Part shown: piece by piece, positions 18,623 through 28,457 of the stretch
Numbering within the stretch: position 1 is the stretch's first letter
Layout: each line of letters starts with the position of its first letter
From: an uncultured Terracidiphilus sp.
GTDB taxonomy: Bacteria; Acidobacteriota; Terriglobia; Terriglobales; Acidobacteriaceae
Direction of reading: 5' to 3'
Assembly (NCBI GenBank): GCA_964396795.1
Contig: CAYNGB010000004.1
Coordinates: 24,959 to 88,958 of the forward strand
Length of the DNA stretch: 64,000 nt
Notes under the pieces: model-generated
Database searches by the model: none
Told to the model about the DNA's origin: nothing
The model's input: only the letters and a program-made list of their open reading frames with translations
Translations under genes and position numbers: made by a program

Positions 18623-19815
18623 TTTGGCGAAGCCTCTCCTGCGGCTGGCTTTCCGCTTATCAGCGCATTGATTTTGCTTTGAAATGTTTCCGCTCTCTCC
18701 GACTGCAGCCGGTTGAACGTCGCCATCTCTGCCGCCGCCTCCGGCATCTTTTTTTCGCCGCGATAGGCCAACATCAAGACGTAGTGCGCCTGGGCCTCGT
18801 CGGGATACGCTGCAACCACGGCGAGCAGCTGTTTCTCGGCCGCATTCGGCTGGTGTTTTTCAAGCAAAATCTTCGCAAGGCCCACTTGCGCATCCACGAG
18901 ATTGGGATCCAGTTTCGCTGCCTCCTCGTAGAGTGGTTTCGCTTTATCCAGATTGTGCCGGTGCATTTCAATATCCGCCATCGCTAAGTCTGAAACGGCG
19001 GAAACCGGGTTGATCGCCTTCTCCTGGCGAAACTCATTCATCGCCTTTTCGTCCACCTCTTCCGATCCCTGGTGAAGGTAAAGTTGTCCGATTCGATAGT
19101 GCATTTCAGGTAGTTTCGGGTTGTTCTGGAGTGCAAGGGAGTATTCACGGATGGCCTGATCGTAGTTATTCTGCGCCTCGTAGACTTCTCCGGCCAATTG
19201 ATGAACTCGATAGGAATCTGGGTGTTTAGCCATCAATTCGCCCGCATTCTCGTTCCATAGCCGCGTGAAGAGTTCGGCGGACTCATACAGTACGTCCGGG
19301 TCGCCCGGGTAAAGCTGCTTCAGCCGCACCACCGTCTGGAGAGCCGGCAAGGGATCGCTGTCCCCGGCGGCACATCCAAGCAGGGCCAGACCCGTGAGGC
19401 GCTGCAACTTGCCTGTGGGCTCGCTGGCGAAGTATTTCGATAAGATGGGTGTTGCCTGCTTGCATTGACTCAAGTCCGCCTGGCTCAATCCCAGAAAAAG
19501 CTCCGCGTGTTTGGCGGCAGGATCTATATTCAACGCTTTTTTCAGTGCATCCTCAGCTTGCTCTGCCCTGCCCGATCCATAAAGCAGGACTCCCAGCCCA
19601 GTCCAAGCCTGGCTATTCTGCGGATCGAGAGCCAGCATCTCATGATATTCGCGCTCCGCGTTTGCCAAGTCGCCCGCGCGCAGAGATTGTTCCGCGCGGG
19701 CCATATGCTGCTGCAGTGAGTTATCGGGAGAGCTTTGCCCCAAGAGCGAGCAAGATGCGCTGAGTAGCACTGTGAAACCCAACAAAACCACTCGACACAG
19801 CCGTCCGGATCGCAT
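18619..19815 (-). CDS. TPR protein, about 400 aa, TBDR2-associated, with signal peptide
   Basis: Signal peptide; TPRs QAWTGLGVLLY, LYPGDPDVLY, EMHYRIGQLYL, DAQVGLAKILL, QAHYVLMLAY. Confidence 0.88.
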   Translation of the reverse strand: MRSGRLCRVVLLGFTVLLSASCSLLGQSSPDNSLQQHMARAEQSLRAGDLANAEREYHEMLALDPQNSQAWTGLGVLLYGSGRAEQAEDALKKALNIDPAAKHAELFLGLSQADLSQCKQATPILSKYFASEPTGKLQRLTGLALLGCAAGDSDPLPALQTVVRLKQLYPGDPDVLYESAELFTRLWNENAGELMAKHPDSYRVHQLAGEVYEAQNNYDQAIREYSLALQNNPKLPEMHYRIGQLYLHQGSEEVDEKAMNEFRQEKAINPVSAVSDLAMADIEMHRHNLDKAKPLYEEAAKLDPNLVDAQVGLAKILLEKHQPNAAEKQLLAVVAAYPDEAQAHYVLMLAYRGEKKMPEAAAEMATFNRLQSERAETFQSKINALISGKPAAGEASPK

Positions 19816-19888
19816 ATATCAACTCCGCTCAAGCCATGATTCTAGCTTGTCTAGAAATACCCCGGCAACCGCAGCACTTCCCCTACGA

Positions 19889-19923
19889 AACGATGCCCCG
19901 CCGGATGACGGCGGGGCATCGTT
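19889..19923 (-). terminator. Strong hairpin after TBDR2 (intrinsic terminator or mRNA-stabilising stem)
   Basis: AACGATGCCCCGCCG-N5-CGGCGGGGCATCGTT, a perfect 15-bp stem 17 nt after the TBDR2 stop; only a short U-tract. Confidence 0.7.
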
Positions 19924-19940
19924 GGTTGTTCAACTCGCGT

Positions 19941-22900
19941 CTAGAACAAATACTTTAGCGCGAACTGTGCGATGCGTCCGTCACTCGCACTTGTAAGCTG
20001 GCCGATATTCCCGTTGCCTATGGTGTTGGACGGGTTGCCAAAGTTCGGGTGGTTGAAGAGGTTGAAGAACTCGCTCCGGAACTGGATCTTCCCAGCCTCG
20101 AAAATCGGGAACTCCTTGAACAGGGAGAAGTCCATGTTCACCCTGCTGGGACCATACAGGAAGTTCCTTGACGATGTGCCGTAGGTTCCATCGGCTGCCT
20201 GTGTGAAGGCAGCTGGGTTGAAGTAAGACGACACGCCGCGATGTGCAGGGCTGGTGCTCACGCCCGATACAAGATCAGCGAATTCACCACCGATACCCGT
20301 AGCCGCGGTATCGCCGTTGCTGTTGATCGAGTAGGGTGATCCGGTCTGGGCAATAAGAACGCCCTGGTTTTGCCAATCGTTGACGATCCCGGCCAAAACG
20401 CCGTGCGCGGACTTCAACTTGGGTAGTTGGTAGATGTAGGAGGATGTGAACCGGTTCCGAACGTCGTTGTCGCTCGGCCCATAGTTCTGCCTGAAATCCA
20501 GTGGATTCCGCGGTCCCAGGCCGCCTTCAGCGCCGTACGAAACGAGGTCCAGGTACTTGCCATAGACATACGATGCCATCAGGCTGAAGCCGCTCGCAAA
20601 GCGATGGTTGATCGTTACATCAAACGCCTCGTAGTTCGACCACCCCTGGTTGGCTTCTTCCTGGGTTTGGCCAAGGCATGGGTTGGCCAACAAGGTGACT
20701 TGGTTAATTCCGCAGTTTCCGTCGAAGGCAAACAGCCGGCGGTTGTTGATAGTGCTTTGGTTTTGGCTGAGGGTTTGAGTCTTGTCGTATGTCGAAATGG
20801 GAGCATAGTTGATGTCACGCGAAAGGAACAGGTGTGTTCCGTGGTTCCCTATGTAGGAAACGGTGACTACCCAGTTCTTCGCAAGCTCCTGGTCGATGGA
20901 TAGGTTCCACTGCCCAGCGTAGCCCTCGTTGAAGTTTGGCGGCAGAACCGTCCCTTCAGCCGAGGTTGGCCAGTATGGAGTGCCATTGATCGTGTAGGAC
21001 GGGCTGAACGCCGTGCGCTGAGCAGCCGTGCGAGGAATGATGAACGGGAACGGGTTGATCACACCAGGGTTGATGTTGATAATGTCGTACCCGGTTAACG
21101 CTCCCTGCGTGGGGACGTTGTTGGTAGGTATGGCTCCGTTGAGTTGGAAGTTCTCGTCAAATGGCTGTGCGGTCGAGTAGCGGTTCCAGGCAATCAGGCG
21201 AGCCTGATCCCAGAAGACCCCGTAAGCTGCGCGGATTGACGTCTTGCCGTTGGCGAAAGGATCGATGTTGAATCCTAGACGCGGGGCAACATTCTTCATC
21301 CTGTTGGGAACCATGGAGCGCGGGCAGCCGGGATCGCCCTTGCCATCGGCCTTCAATGACAGCGGAGGCCCGGGGAAAGTGAATCCCGGAGGCGCTGTGG
21401 GATAGAAAGTGGACTGCGTCTTAAAGGTCGGATCGAAGCAAATCTGGTCGTTGAGATTGTCCACCGGGGGCAGGAACGGCTCCCACCGGAAACCTGCGTC
21501 GACCGTCAGATGCCGGTTTACTTTGTAATTGTCCTGGACATACAGATCCATAGCGGTATGCCGCAGGTCGCTGCGCACCTCGGTCTGCAGGTTGAAATAG
21601 TTCGGCAACCCCATCAGCATGTCCGCCAGGGCAGTCGTACCGTTTCCTCCCTCCAATGCATTTGGATCGGAGTACTGTCCAGAGAAGTTGAAAATGGGAT
21701 CGGTGAAGTAATCCTCAATGCGGTTTACGGCTTCTTTGCGGAAGTCGCCGCCGACAGAGATAGAGTGCTTGCCGCGCACGTAACTGAGGAAGTCAGTGTA
21801 TTGCCAGGTCTGACGGTTTTGAATGAATGTGCCGTCACCGTTGTTGTTGGCCCCTCCGGCTATGTTCACGTAGAACTCGCTCGGGATACCTGCAGCTTCG
21901 CTTCCAGGCATGCTGCCGAATGTTCCCCAGCCATCTGAGACCGTGGTGCCACGATGATGGGCCACGCGGGTAAAGCCCGCGACCGCAGTATTGATTAGGC
22001 GAGGACTGAAGGTGTGGTTCCAGTCGAGGACCACATTCTGGTTGCGGAAGTATTTGTCGTGCGGAAGGTCCATGTTGCCCGCGCCATATCCAGTCGACAG
22101 ATCCTGGTTAAAGAAGAAGCGGCCGAATATGAGATCTTTCGTCCCGAAATTCTGGTCGATGCGCGCCAGGTACTGATTCTCGTTGAGGCTGTCTTCGTTG
22201 TCGGCTGAAGGCGCGTGGTAGGTATATCCCACCCCGCCGTTGTTAGGCGTATACATCAGCAGCTTGGCGACCATCGCCTTGGCCACCGGGTCAATCCGGT
22301 TCGCGGGAATAAGTCCGTCGGTAGCGAAAGGAGCTCCAGTCGTTGGATCGATAATCGAACCGGCTGGAAATAGAGCGCTTCCGTCACTGGTTGAATTGGG
22401 GTTCTCAGACGCCGTCAGCACCTGTCCGATGGTGACCGTTTCGTCCTTGCGTTGCCTTGTCCCCTGCCAATACCCGAAGAAGAAGGTCTTTCCCTTCACG
22501 ATCGGTCCACCGGCATACCCGCCGTACTGATTCAGTTTCAAGGCAGGTTTCTGTAGCCCGGCGGGATCAAAGTAGTTGTGAGAGTCCAGCACCGTGTTGC
22601 GGAAGAACTCGAACACGCCGCCATGGAACGAATTGGTTCCAGCCTTTGATGCGGCGTTGATAAGTCCACCGGAACTGCGCCCATATTGAGCAGTGAAGTT
22701 ACTGGTTTGAATGTCAAACTCCTGCAGCGCGTCCGGAGCCGGAAAAACAGGAGCGACCGACAGATAGGAATCCGTCATGTCCACGCCGTCCAGAAGGTAG
22801 TAGTTCGAACCGGGGCGGTTCCCGTTCACGACTACGCCCTCATGCTGGCCTTGCCCGTGCGCCACGCCATTGTTGTCATACGACACACCCGGCATGATGT

Positions 22901-23390
22901 ACTGCAACTGCAAGGTGTCGCGGCCATTCAGTGGAAGGTCGACAACGCGCTGTGCGTCGATGACCTCGCTGATGGTTGCATCCACCAGGTCTACGTTTTG
23001 CCCGGTGTCGCCTGTGACTTGCACGACCTCGGTATTTGAACCGACTTTCAAGTGGGCGAGGACCGAAATGTTCTGGTCAACCTGAAGAACGATTCCTTTC
23101 TGCAGGTAGCCTTCAAATCCCGTTGCTTCCACTTTCACCGTGTAGTTGCCAACCGGCAGAATTGGGAATGTCACGTCGCCGCTGTCGTCCGAAATCGCAG
23201 CGCGCGACTCATTCGTGCCTTCATTAATGACTGTTACCTTCGCTCCTGCAACCGGAGCTCCGGAGGGATCGGTAACTGTGCCGACGATCTTGCCGGTCGG
23301 CCCCACTGCATGGGTTGGAACGGATGTGCATACCAGGGCCAGGAATGCCGCCAAGGCCCAGGCTGCGCGGTTCGTCAAAAGCCTCTTCAT
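19941..23390 (-). CDS. TonB-dependent receptor, Oar-like (TBDR2)
   Basis: Signal peptide; GTVTDPSGAPVAGAKVTV carboxypeptidase-regulatory-like domain; DLPLNGR, DALQEF, FHGGVFEFFRN, YVQDNYKV, APRLGF, FRSEFFNLFNHPNF; C-terminal QFALKYLF. Confidence 0.95.
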   Translation of the reverse strand: MKRLLTNRAAWALAAFLALVCTSVPTHAVGPTGKIVGTVTDPSGAPVAGAKVTVINEGTNESRAAISDDSGDVTFPILPVGNYTVKVEATGFEGYLQKGIVLQVDQNISVLAHLKVGSNTEVVQVTGDTGQNVDLVDATISEVIDAQRVVDLPLNGRDTLQLQYIMPGVSYDNNGVAHGQGQHEGVVVNGNRPGSNYYLLDGVDMTDSYLSVAPVFPAPDALQEFDIQTSNFTAQYGRSSGGLINAASKAGTNSFHGGVFEFFRNTVLDSHNYFDPAGLQKPALKLNQYGGYAGGPIVKGKTFFFGYWQGTRQRKDETVTIGQVLTASENPNSTSDGSALFPAGSIIDPTTGAPFATDGLIPANRIDPVAKAMVAKLLMYTPNNGGVGYTYHAPSADNEDSLNENQYLARIDQNFGTKDLIFGRFFFNQDLSTGYGAGNMDLPHDKYFRNQNVVLDWNHTFSPRLINTAVAGFTRVAHHRGTTVSDGWGTFGSMPGSEAAGIPSEFYVNIAGGANNNGDGTFIQNRQTWQYTDFLSYVRGKHSISVGGDFRKEAVNRIEDYFTDPIFNFSGQYSDPNALEGGNGTTALADMLMGLPNYFNLQTEVRSDLRHTAMDLYVQDNYKVNRHLTVDAGFRWEPFLPPVDNLNDQICFDPTFKTQSTFYPTAPPGFTFPGPPLSLKADGKGDPGCPRSMVPNRMKNVAPRLGFNIDPFANGKTSIRAAYGVFWDQARLIAWNRYSTAQPFDENFQLNGAIPTNNVPTQGALTGYDIININPGVINPFPFIIPRTAAQRTAFSPSYTINGTPYWPTSAEGTVLPPNFNEGYAGQWNLSIDQELAKNWVVTVSYIGNHGTHLFLSRDINYAPISTYDKTQTLSQNQSTINNRRLFAFDGNCGINQVTLLANPCLGQTQEEANQGWSNYEAFDVTINHRFASGFSLMASYVYGKYLDLVSYGAEGGLGPRNPLDFRQNYGPSDNDVRNRFTSSYIYQLPKLKSAHGVLAGIVNDWQNQGVLIAQTGSPYSINSNGDTAATGIGGEFADLVSGVSTSPAHRGVSSYFNPAAFTQAADGTYGTSSRNFLYGPSRVNMDFSLFKEFPIFEAGKIQFRSEFFNLFNHPNFGNPSNTIGNGNIGQLTSASDGRIAQFALKYLF

Positions 23391-23644
23391 AGTTGTCTCC
23401 TAAAAAAGTGACCGTGTTCTTGTCGGTCCGCATGCGGATCCGGCACGATTTGAATGGCCGGTTTCCTCAACACTCGTCTTTCATCGATCGAGAGACGATT
23501 GCTGATGCGGCTACGAATCAAATTCACATCATGGACTTTCTGTTTTACCTTCTAGCCTTCGCCCCACACTCTCAAAACGTCACCCAAAACCAGCTAATTG
23601 TTCCTCGCGGCGCGATCTTGAATTGCCACCATCGACCTCATCAG

Positions 23645-23712
23645 AGAAAACGCTTTCTTGGAGCGATTTACTAAATCGGGGAAAATATACGCACACAGCA
23701 AGAGATTGTCAA
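23645..23712 (-). promoter_or_regulatory. Sigma70-type promoter of the TBDR2 operon with downstream operator palindromes
   Basis: Minus strand TTGACA (23712-23707)-17 nt-TATATT (23689-23684). Perfect inverted repeat CGATTTA-C-TAAATCG (23664-23678) near +1. LacI-like AGAAAACGCTTTCT (23645-23658). Confidence 0.65.
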
Positions 23713-23926
23713 GAACTTCTCAAATTTTGGGTAATCGTTTTCGCGAACGCGACCTTCTTTCCATACCAGAACCCTCGAATTGATTGGAAATCAAGTGCAT
23801 AAGGCCTCCGCCGACAGATTCGGCAGCCGCCCTTGTAAACGGGGGTCTTGAGAAACTGCCCAGTGATTTTGGGCTGCTGCGATCTACATTGCGCCCTCCC
23901 CCTTACTCGAAGACGGCTTTCAGGCG

Positions 23927-26152
23927 TTACTGGTCCAGGGTCAGGATGCAGGCCATCATTTTGCGCGGGAAGATGACGCTGATTCCATTCCCTTCGGTTT
24001 CAAGCTGTATGCCCAGGTCCATGGGGTAAAGGATCTTCATCTTCGAATCTGTCCTGGGTAGGTGAACTCTCTCCTCGCCCTGCAAACGCCACACGGCTAT
24101 AAAGTTGCTCTGCGATGAGCGCATTCCGAGAGATATCGGAGAAACGGTGTCCGTCATGTCGGGCAGTCCAAGCGGGTAATAGGGCACGGCTGACCCGATA
24201 TGAGGCCGAACTCGTTCCTTGTAAATTCGCAGGCCGTTCTTTACCTGCGCAAAACTGGCCGGACTCAACTCCGCCAGGTGACCACTCTGGTGAATCCTGA
24301 ACAACATGGCGTTGACCAGGTTGAAGGCAGCCGCGTCCTCGTCGCCGTTTGCCAGCTGATAAGACCAGACGGCAAGTTGTTCTGGCAGAACCGCGGCCGA
24401 TTCACCGACCGCGATGGCTGGGTAGAGCCGGTAATCTTCCTGATCGCTTGAGGACTGGAGCTGCAAGTGTGAGAGCATGGCATATTCCATCCGTCCACCG
24501 CCGCTGCCGCAGTTCTCAATGGTCAAATCGGGATAGCGCGCCAGAACTTCGTCCAGCCAAGCAAGGTGTGCCCGGTTGTGCTCCAGCAGTCCCTGGCCGG
24601 GGCTATCTGCCTGATACTCCGTCCCTTCCAGCCCATCGACGTTGTAATCCATCTTGATGTATCCCACCTTGTACTCGCCGACCATGCGGTCCACAACACT
24701 GTTCAGATAGGCACGTACTTCAGGATTGCGGAGGTCGAGCAAATACCGTGTATGGTCAATAACCCGCTTGCCGTGCCGCTGGAAAAACCAGGCGTCCGGC
24801 TTGTCCTTCAGCGGAGAATTGATGCCGATCACTTCCGGCTCAAGCCATAGTCCTGGCACCATTCCCTTGGCGCGGATACGGTCCAGTACTTCTTGAAGGC
24901 CACCAGGAAAGCGTGTTTTGGATGGCTGCCATGACCCGACCGAACCCCACCAATCCTCGCTCAACTCCGCGTACCAGCCGGCATCGATCACAAAGTATTC
25001 GCAACCTGCCGCTGCCGCCGCCTCAATCAGGGGCAGTTCCTTTGCAGTCGTCGGGTCACCTTCAAGACAATTCATGTAATCGTTGAAGATCACGGGACGA
25101 TTGATGCTGTCGCTGCGCGGGCGAAGGCACGCGGCGCGCCGATACCGAGTTAAGGCGTCGACCGCCTCTGTAAAACTGCCGCGAACACACCCAATCGCCG
25201 CGGGAACGGTGGCATAGGTCTCTCCCGGTTTCAGGCTCTTCCACGCGTGACCGTGGAGCTCGTCCGGACCGCCTATATAGGCGTAGACAGCCTTGTCCTC
25301 AGTGTTCGCAAGCTCCCAATGCCACGTACCGTTGTGTTCGATCTGCCAGAACCAGGTGACGCCAAGCTCGGTGTTTTCGACCACGCCCATGGGCAAATAG
25401 CGCTGTGTTGACCAGGTACCGATGCTGTCGAATGCAGCCGGCGAAACCGTAAAGTTGCCGTTGTCGATAAAGCCAGCACGCGAGGGCTTTACCACCCGCC
25501 ACTGCGCTTCGGCCTGCCATGTGTTTTGTGCGTAGTGGATCAAAAGTTCCTGCTCAAACCGGCGCGGCGAAGCCAGATTGTAAAGCATCGCCGAACTCAG
25601 GTATTCAATGCCCACGGCCTCGTGGCCGCGATTCGTCACGCGCGCACTCCTGCGCACCACCGGCAGGTCTCCGAAGGTTTCATAGAGCGACTCAACGTGC
25701 AGGCCAAGCACCGGATCGGAATGATAGATCGTAAAGCGTTTACCGGTCGTCGTAGACACTTCGCGTTTTCCCGAATAGACCAGCCTCGCCCCCGGACTCC
25801 CCCCTGTAAGCTTCAGCCCATGGTGGTCGTTTGGATCCTCACCCGTGCAGTGAAGAGAAGTTTCGATACCTGAGGTAGCTGTTGGGGCGGGAAGGTTTTT
25901 GGGCGGGTTCACACCCGGCGGCAATAGCGTTCTGGAGCGGATTCTCTTGTCAAGAAATTCGAACGAAAACACCATGCCCGGTGCGGCCCACTCAAACGGC
26001 TCAAAAACTGGTGAGAGCACGCCGTTCTCCTGACTCTCTTCGTAACCTTCCGTCGTGAGCTCTGGGGCATATGCGTGCAGCTTCGAAGTGAGTGCGCCGG
26101 CAGCGAGCATCCCCGTGCCTTGCAAGAACAATCTCCTGTCCATTCCTGGCAT
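23927..26152 (-). CDS. GH36 glycoside hydrolase (alpha-galactosidase family), Tat-exported
   Basis: MDRRLFLQG Tat signal; WQIEHNGTWHWE, IFNDYMNCL, YFVIDAGWY, GLWLEPEVIG, YIKMDYN, IENCGSGGGR, QSSSDQ. Confidence 0.9.
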   Translation of the reverse strand: MPGMDRRLFLQGTGMLAAGALTSKLHAYAPELTTEGYEESQENGVLSPVFEPFEWAAPGMVFSFEFLDKRIRSRTLLPPGVNPPKNLPAPTATSGIETSLHCTGEDPNDHHGLKLTGGSPGARLVYSGKREVSTTTGKRFTIYHSDPVLGLHVESLYETFGDLPVVRRSARVTNRGHEAVGIEYLSSAMLYNLASPRRFEQELLIHYAQNTWQAEAQWRVVKPSRAGFIDNGNFTVSPAAFDSIGTWSTQRYLPMGVVENTELGVTWFWQIEHNGTWHWELANTEDKAVYAYIGGPDELHGHAWKSLKPGETYATVPAAIGCVRGSFTEAVDALTRYRRAACLRPRSDSINRPVIFNDYMNCLEGDPTTAKELPLIEAAAAAGCEYFVIDAGWYAELSEDWWGSVGSWQPSKTRFPGGLQEVLDRIRAKGMVPGLWLEPEVIGINSPLKDKPDAWFFQRHGKRVIDHTRYLLDLRNPEVRAYLNSVVDRMVGEYKVGYIKMDYNVDGLEGTEYQADSPGQGLLEHNRAHLAWLDEVLARYPDLTIENCGSGGGRMEYAMLSHLQLQSSSDQEDYRLYPAIAVGESAAVLPEQLAVWSYQLANGDEDAAAFNLVNAMLFRIHQSGHLAELSPASFAQVKNGLRIYKERVRPHIGSAVPYYPLGLPDMTDTVSPISLGMRSSQSNFIAVWRLQGEERVHLPRTDSKMKILYPMDLGIQLETEGNGISVIFPRKMMACILTLDQ

Positions 26153-26479
26153 TTGGTCTCTTCCCTTCATCCATCGCAGCGATCGCGAATCTGATCTGGC
26201 AAGCCATACTACATCTCAATCCATCGCCGCAACAATGCGTGCCGCAAGGGAGCCGGGCCGACTTATGAGGAGCCATCCACTCTTTGAATACGGCTAAGAT
26301 GTCATGGAAGGAAGCGGATGACTTTTCTGAGGTGCACCTCATTCCCTGGTGAATGCGCTCAAATTGTGCAGGCCAGATCGGGCGTAGCTGTGCAATCCGT
26401 TGTTCTCCTTCGCCGGGTTCACTACGCAGATATCCATTGAAGAGGGGGCCGGCCCTGGCGAGGCGCAGGAAGCGCAGAA

Positions 26480-26572
26480 TTGACATTTTCTTTTGCCGGT
26501 CACTATATTTGTGTCGCTCGCGGGCAGCGAGTTATGGAGTTTGTCACGGCCCACAACGGGAAAACGTTTGCC
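26480..26572 (+). promoter_or_regulatory. Sigma70-type promoter and LacI-type operator for the GH27 gene
   Basis: TTGACA (26480-26485)-18 nt-TATATT (26504-26509); GGAAAACGTTTGCC at 26559-26572. Confidence 0.6.
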
Positions 26573-26630
26573 GGAATTCGGCCCTCCATTCATCGCTCTA
26601 TTCACCGGGATTCTCCAGGAGCCCACTTCC

Positions 26631-28178
26631 ATGCTGAAGCCTATTTTCTTCGCTTTGACCCTCGGCCTTTGTACGTGCGCCCTTGCCCAATCCGCCTCCC
26701 AATCGAGCCTTGACGGCTATTGGCGATATACGGTGCCCAACGGTGGAACTACGTTCTTCGTCTTAAAGCAGTCTGGCGAAACCATTACCGCGTCAGAAGC
26801 GGATTGGAAAATGCCCTTGACCGGCACACTCCAAGACAACAAACTCCACCTGACAGTGAGCGCAAAATTTGGCAATGAAACCTTTGAGATCCTCTACGAA
26901 GGTGTCCGTGAATCCGCCGACAAATTTGAACTTCATGAAAAGTCACCTGGCGTCCGCCCCGGAGAGGTAATCGAAAGAAAGGGCACTCTCGAGCGAGTTA
27001 GCCGCGACGTGGTCTATCCAGAACGGCTGCCTTTGCCTCCCCTCGAGGAGCAACCCGACAACGGCCTCGTCCGCACGCCGCCTATGGGCTGGAATAGTTG
27101 GAATCATTATCACGACCAGTTCGACGACGCAACCGTACGCCAAATGGCGGACGCCATGGTCTCCAGCGGAATGGCTGCAGCCGGCTACAAATACATAATC
27201 GTCGACGAAGGTTGGTCCAGTTCCCGCGATGCCAACGGAAATATTGTCGGAAATGCTCGCTTTCCTGACATGAAGGCCCTGGCCGACTATGTTCACTCCA
27301 AGGGTCTGAAAATCGGCATCTACTCCTCGCCCGGGCCACAGGTTTGCGGCGGCTATCAAGGCAGCTACGGCCACGAGGAACAAGACGCAAAGACCTTTGC
27401 TGACTGGGGTTACGACTACCTGAAATACGATTGGTGCGGCGCCAGCCGCATCTATCAGCGCAGCCCGGCCGACCTCGAGGGAGCCTACCAGAAAATGGCA
27501 GCGGCTCTCGCCAAGGCAAATCGCCCCATCGTCTTCAGTTTGTGTGAATACGGATGGGGTGATGTGTGGAAGTGGGGCGCCAAGGCCGGCGGCAATCTCT
27601 GGCGCACTACCGGCGATATCTCCGACCACTGGGCATCGATGGATCGCATCGGCTTTGCCCAGCTTGAAATCACTCAATTTCCGAAACCGGGCCACTGGAA
27701 CGACCCCGACATGTTGGAGGTGGGTAACGGCGGCATGACCGCCGACGAATACCGTACCCATATGAGCCTTTGGGCCCTTTTGCGTGCACCCTTGATTGCT
27801 GGAAACGATCTGCGGACCATGACCGAGGAAACCAAGTCAATCCTGATGAATGCCGAGGTCATTGCCATCGATCAGGACCCGGAAGCATTGCCTGCGCAGC
27901 GCACTCCGCCGCAAGGCTCATCCGAAATCCTGATTCGCCCGCTCGCCAACGAGGCGGTTGCCGTAGGCCTGTTCAACCGCGGTTCTGCGCCGGCGCAAAT
28001 AGGCTTTCGTTGGGACAGCCTGCATCTCAATGCCAACCTCGGCGGCAAGTCGCTGGAAGCTCGCGACCTCTGGAAGCACGAAGCCGTTGCCGTGACCGGC
28101 GATTCCTACACGGCAACCGTGCCTCCACATGGGGTAGTGCTGCTGCGGGTTGCTGTCAAGCAGTTCGGCACTTTCTAA
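26631..28178 (+). CDS. GH27 glycoside hydrolase (alpha-galactosidase / beta-L-arabinopyranosidase family) with extra N-terminal domain, secreted
   Basis: AGGAG RBS then MLKPIFFALTLGLCTCALAQ. Motifs TPPMGWNSWN, IVDEGW, DYLKYDWC (nucleophile), LWRTTGDI (acid/base), HWNDPDMLEVGN; C-terminal RDLW...VPPHGVVLLRV. Confidence 0.93.
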   Translation: MLKPIFFALTLGLCTCALAQSASQSSLDGYWRYTVPNGGTTFFVLKQSGETITASEADWKMPLTGTLQDNKLHLTVSAKFGNETFEILYEGVRESADKFELHEKSPGVRPGEVIERKGTLERVSRDVVYPERLPLPPLEEQPDNGLVRTPPMGWNSWNHYHDQFDDATVRQMADAMVSSGMAAAGYKYIIVDEGWSSSRDANGNIVGNARFPDMKALADYVHSKGLKIGIYSSPGPQVCGGYQGSYGHEEQDAKTFADWGYDYLKYDWCGASRIYQRSPADLEGAYQKMAAALAKANRPIVFSLCEYGWGDVWKWGAKAGGNLWRTTGDISDHWASMDRIGFAQLEITQFPKPGHWNDPDMLEVGNGGMTADEYRTHMSLWALLRAPLIAGNDLRTMTEETKSILMNAEVIAIDQDPEALPAQRTPPQGSSEILIRPLANEAVAVGLFNRGSAPAQIGFRWDSLHLNANLGGKSLEARDLWKHEAVAVTGDSYTATVPPHGVVLLRVAVKQFGTF

Positions 28179-28457
28179 GTCCACGGTCCTTTACAATCGG
28201 CGCGAACCAGTAATCCAACGTAGGGGCGGTGAGTTCAAGCTTTGTCCGGCAAGACGTTTCGGTGACTGCAAATTGGGCGTATGCAGGATTTGTGTCCGCA
28301 ATTTAGCGCGAAAGACGCGCTGCGAAACACGGTTCACTGTTGTTCGATGAATCTCTGTGCGTTGTTGGACTGATAGGCATGCGAGCCATAGCGATGCAGT
28401 CATGGAAGTCTCGATAAGAACGCTGTATAGTACACTGCCCCCGGGTGGGAACTATCC

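Noticed and set aside
18619..19815. SusD-like lipoprotein call (LLSASC)
   Set aside because: The lipobox is non-canonical and followed by an SLLG-Q type I cleavage-like site; the paralog has no equivalent Cys, and I see no SusD motifs.
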